A stretch of 32,000 bases of DNA, from NCBI RefSeq assembly GCF_003231495.1, contig NZ_PQWO01000029.1:12372-44371 (forward strand). The letters run 5' to 3'. This document shows, piece by piece, positions 28,782 through 32,000 of the stretch. A program made the position numbers and the translations under genes. The stretch's first letter is position 1. Each line of letters starts with the position of its first letter. The notes beneath the pieces were generated by a model. It was not told where the DNA came from. It worked only from the letters and a program-made list of their open reading frames with translations, and did no database searches. This DNA is from Acaryochloris thomasi RCC1774 (GTDB lineage Bacteria; Cyanobacteriota; Cyanobacteriia; Thermosynechococcales; Thermosynechococcaceae).

Positions 28782-28862
28782 TATTTTTTCCTTTCGCTAA
28801 CAGTCTGATAAAGCAACTCAGAAACTGCTTCATTTCTACAGCACTACATCAATAGTCCCGTT

Positions 28863-29897
28863 CTAATACGGCATGAATAATAGGGAAACCGCTGTTGCAC
28901 CGTAAAATTTTTCCAGATCCAGATCTTCAGGACGGTTTAAAGCTTGACCCTGTCCTAGAAAAATTCGAGAGATGCGGAATCGATGGTAGTTTTGCAGCAG
29001 ATGCTTCACATCAATGTATTGAACTTCATTGCCGCGATAAAGTTCACGATCTAAGTCAGGCAGGCTATGCCACGGGCAGCGCATCACATCATGATGAACG
29101 TTGTGATAGCCGAAGTTAAGGAGCAGCAAATTGACCCATCGGTAGCGAAAACTAAATAAAGGGGTGGAAAAGGTGTGGAGCGTCTCGTACGCGCGGCTAT
29201 GGTTAGGCAGTTCAGAACCGATAGGGTACACGTCAAAGGTATGCTGGAATGCATCAATCCACCGAATGACTGTCACCATACCCGTATAGGCAATAAAGTA
29301 AAGCACTAATGCCTTCAATGAAATAGTCCCCATGACGGTAAACAAAGCCCCACGAATCACTAACAGCGTCGCAACTCTTAGCCGCAAATGCTTCCGATCA
29401 GGATGCCAAAACGGCACCGTAATCGATCGCCACTGAGCCATAAAGTTCAGGCAGGGAAAGTACAGCCACTCCAATGTAAGAATTGCATTACGCACAGGGG
29501 AAGGAAGGCGTCCCATCATACTAGGCAAGTCAAAGGGACCAAGGTCTACACAATCGATATGATGACCGAGATGGACCCTGGCTAGATCTCGAAAGGGAGC
29601 ATAACAGCCGCCGTTCAGCCAGATCATGAGATTGCCTCCATAGGTATTCCAACGACGACTGTAGAAAATCGTGTCGTGCATGAACTCATGGGTCATGATG
29701 GCAGAGTTGATGAGGCTGTGAGAAAGCCAAATCACGCCCAGTGCGTTTAACAAATAATTGTCTGAGAATAGAAATGTAATACCGCCGCAATACCCAATCA
29801 AGATGCTAGAAATTGCGATCGCATTTGCAAAATGATTGCGATAACCTAGGTATCGTTTAGAATCTATTTCCGTTTCAGGTCTGACAGTCGTAACCAT
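28863..29897 (-). CDS. membrane fatty-acid-desaturase-family di-iron enzyme (substrate unknown)
   Basis: 344 aa with three His boxes in canonical order, HEFMH, HLGHH and HNVHH, plus hydrophobic hairpins between boxes 1-2 and before box 3. There is no cytochrome b5 fusion. Confidence 0.8.
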   Translation of the reverse strand: MVTTVRPETEIDSKRYLGYRNHFANAIAISSILIGYCGGITFLFSDNYLLNALGVIWLSHSLINSAIMTHEFMHDTIFYSRRWNTYGGNLMIWLNGGCYAPFRDLARVHLGHHIDCVDLGPFDLPSMMGRLPSPVRNAILTLEWLYFPCLNFMAQWRSITVPFWHPDRKHLRLRVATLLVIRGALFTVMGTISLKALVLYFIAYTGMVTVIRWIDAFQHTFDVYPIGSELPNHSRAYETLHTFSTPLFSFRYRWVNLLLLNFGYHNVHHDVMRCPWHSLPDLDRELYRGNEVQYIDVKHLLQNYHRFRISRIFLGQGQALNRPEDLDLEKFYGATAVSLLFMPY

Positions 29898-29993
29898 AGT
29901 CTGTATTTACTTTCGCAACCGTGTAATGAAAGACAAGAATCACCTACTGAAATCAAGAAATGACTTCAGTACCTAGAGATATATATTTTTTGC

Positions 29994-30914
29994 CTAAGCT
30001 TTCACTGAGATAGCTTGGGACAATGGCTGAGACTCAATATCTTGAAAAGCCCACGCTAGAAAGCTATTTTCCCCGAAGAAGTAACCCTCAAAGGAGGGAA
30101 GATAGGCATATTCAGGGTCGGCTAGCAAAAGCTGATGAGCCGTTCGCAATCTAGAACCAGGAATAGCAGAATTCAAGTGGTGAATGAGATGCAAATGATC
30201 TGCATGGGGAAACATCAAGAACTGCAGAATGGGGTGACACATGATGTTCCGAGTGAAATAAGGAACGCTGGTATCTAGCATGTGCTCACTCATATTCACT
30301 AACTGACGGATAGCTGCGTATGTCGTAAGCAAAGGAACAACATAAAAAAGGAGAAAGTCTTGCCAGAGTCCTACAGCAGAAACTAGCAGTATGATGGTCA
30401 ACCAAAAGAGAATTCGAGCAACAAGCTCTACTCTAGAAGCAGGACTGAGAAAGCTTTGAGCATAAGCATTTAGACTTTTTCTGAACTGATATGCTCCGCT
30501 TAAAACTCGAAACAGGTGCCAGTTCCTTTGATGCCGAGGGAGTGGTAGATGAGCATATTTTGGCAAATTAGGATCTCGTTCTGAATCCCCAATATGAACA
30601 TGGTGTTCCCGATGAATCTTTCGCAATACACCAATTGAGATATGAACTGGGAATGCACAAAAAATTGATGTAATCCAGTCATTTAAGAATGAACTCTTAA
30701 AGACCTGATTATGAAATGCTTCATGGGAAAGATTATCCAACGCTCTCAAACGAGAGCCAATCAGCAGTAATGCGACTGGATACAGCCAGAAGCTTAGCTT
30801 AGCGAGGGCAACAGCTATACCAATGACAATATAGTGACCTAGAATTTTGCCAAAGCCTGAGAGATTATCAGTTGTTTGAAGCTCTCGTAGTGATTGCCTA
30901 ATCGCAGCATCCAT
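29994..30914 (-). CDS. membrane fatty-acid-desaturase-family di-iron enzyme, divergent paralogue (substrate unknown)
   Basis: 306 aa with His boxes HEAFHN, HREHH and HLIHH. By eye I see little shared sequence with the downstream desaturase outside the boxes. Confidence 0.8.
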   Translation of the reverse strand: MDAAIRQSLRELQTTDNLSGFGKILGHYIVIGIAVALAKLSFWLYPVALLLIGSRLRALDNLSHEAFHNQVFKSSFLNDWITSIFCAFPVHISIGVLRKIHREHHVHIGDSERDPNLPKYAHLPLPRHQRNWHLFRVLSGAYQFRKSLNAYAQSFLSPASRVELVARILFWLTIILLVSAVGLWQDFLLFYVVPLLTTYAAIRQLVNMSEHMLDTSVPYFTRNIMCHPILQFLMFPHADHLHLIHHLNSAIPGSRLRTAHQLLLADPEYAYLPSFEGYFFGENSFLAWAFQDIESQPLSQAISVKA

Positions 30915-31037
30915 ATTCTCTATTCCCTAGACAATTGACTCGTAGAAAAGTAAAGGTCTGAATGATACTTTTGAAATAAAGCATTACGGTTTGACTCTGT
31001 AAAACAGAGAGAATTATGGCTATGAACCGGAAAATGG

Positions 31038-31244
31038 TTGCATCCAGTAGAGGCAAAACAATCTCTTAACTTGATCAACACAGATACTTCCGGTGGGAGA
31101 AAGTATCTAGCGACTTTCTCCGGCGAGGATAAAGCCTACTATTTCAAACAAATAAAGGCGCTATGTGAGTTTGATCTTTTCCCTGCAGGAGCTAGAAGAC
31201 ACCAACAGATCAGTCACTCAACGGATCATGGACTCTCAATTTGA
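31038..31244 (+). CDS. hypothetical small ORF (weak)
   Basis: 68 codons from a TTG start, with no recognisable motif. It sits in a low-GC non-coding stretch and may not be expressed. Confidence 0.15.
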   Translation: MHPVEAKQSLNLINTDTSGGRKYLATFSGEDKAYYFKQIKALCEFDLFPAGARRHQQISHSTDHGLSI

Positions 31245-31501
31245 TTGAACCTATATCGACTGTTCATACCAATATCCAGCCAAGTGGAGAAGGGCCACCT
31301 CAGGCTGAGGATTGGCAATGAAATCAATCAGGATCAATCATGCCGATAAATTCTTATGGCCGTAAGTACAGAAAGTAACCTCTTAATTACTTCAACTTCC
31401 GACACCAATGAATTTAGCGCACTTAGATCTCTTTAGGGTTATATGCAGATTATGCATTAGTTAAATATGCTACTGCTTTTGTGCAAACGGTAACCTAAGC
31501 T

Positions 31502-31560
31502 ATTTTGTGCTCACAAAATTATCGAGCCATCGCGGCTCGCCCGGTTTTCTGTGTCTTTTT
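31502..31560 (+). promoter_or_regulatory. perfect palindrome followed by a terminator-like hairpin with T-runs
   Basis: ATTTTGTG-CT-CACAAAAT (31502-31519) has 8-bp arms. It is followed by the stem CGAGCC (31523-31528) / GGCTCG (31534-31539) with a 5-nt loop, then GGTTTTCTGTGTCTTTTT. Confidence 0.35.
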
Positions 31561-31923
31561 GGCTTGCCGATCACCCTCTTTGGAAGGGTCATTTTTTATT
31601 TCTGAAAATAAAATTAAGTAATTATTCGTGTCCGTTTTTTCTTAGCAGGCGCGAGTTTTTTCTCTCAAAAAGAATAAACTGCTGCGTGAAGTCGTGCTGT
31701 ATTTAGTGGACTTAACGGGTACAGCATTATCTCTACTTTTACAAGTGTATTAATCCCTTGTCGTTGTGATGCACTTCTTCTGAATAAAGGGGCCGTAATC
31801 TACTGTCGTGAAAGGTAATCGCAAACTTCTATTCAATGCATTCGCTCACCAATCTAACCTTGCAGTAAGTAGGGAGGTGCAAATAAGCTTAAGATAGCTA
31901 TCGTATCTATCGCCTCTTCCTCC

Positions 31924-32000
31924 ATGCCAGCAGCATTGCGTATCACTTTGACTGAAGATGAAGCATCAACTCTTCAAGACCTTCGCCAATCTCCAGCAGC
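31924..32000 (+). mobile_element. probable 5' end of an IS630-family transposase gene (HTH N-terminus), truncated by the window edge
   Basis: The ATG at 31924 gives MPAALRITLTEDEASTLQDLRQSPA. This resembles the N-termini of cyanobacterial IS630-type transposases/HTH proteins as I remember them (MPA.LRI.LT.EE...L.EL...). Only 25 codons are visible and the element ends are not identified. Confidence 0.4.

Noticed and set aside
1-32000. Search for tRNA, rRNA, tmRNA, RNase P and CRISPR arrays.
   Set aside because: I saw no cloverleaf-compatible GTTCGAATC-type T-arms with matching acceptor stems, no rRNA-like conserved blocks, and no regularly spaced direct repeats. tRNAscan, Infernal and a CRISPR finder would confirm this.

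Overview
This window is a cyanobacterial chromosome segment. The evidence is about twenty copies (hand scan) of the HIP1 octamer GCGATCGC, the chlorophyll-pathway gene acsF, and C-run/G-run palindromic intergenic repeats. I found no rRNA, tRNA or CRISPR array.

Positions 1-21.8 kb are mostly housekeeping: gltA, alaS, lepA, acsF, bioF, a CHASE-PAS histidine kinase, and a yihY-DUF389-miniMscS membrane operon. This stretch also holds all three genes of the cmo5U34 tRNA-modification route (cmoB, cmoA, trhO).

The clearest unexplained structure is a 67-nt second copy of the cmoA 3' end, including a stop codon, lying 13 nt upstream of trhO. It is separated from the intact cmoA by a 1.6-kb cassette encoding two translationally coupled lipoproteins, one of them OmpA/Pal-like. 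The two copies differ almost only at synonymous codon positions. That pattern points to a gene-replacement or insertion scar rather than a random repeat.

From about 21.8 kb onward the content looks accessory:
- A co-directional five-gene cluster facing the periplasm: GNAT, an orphan NitT/TauT-type binding lipoprotein, a GAF protein with an apparent Tat/lipobox signal, a MsrQ-like heme-b membrane protein, and an anchored WD40 propeller.
- A lower-GC block with an orphan RTX protein, an EamA exporter and two tandem divergent membrane desaturases.
- About 1 kb of non-coding DNA rich in hairpins and T-runs.
- The first 25 codons of what looks like an IS630-type transposase at the window edge.

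All functional calls rest on remembered family motifs read from the translations. No database search was run.
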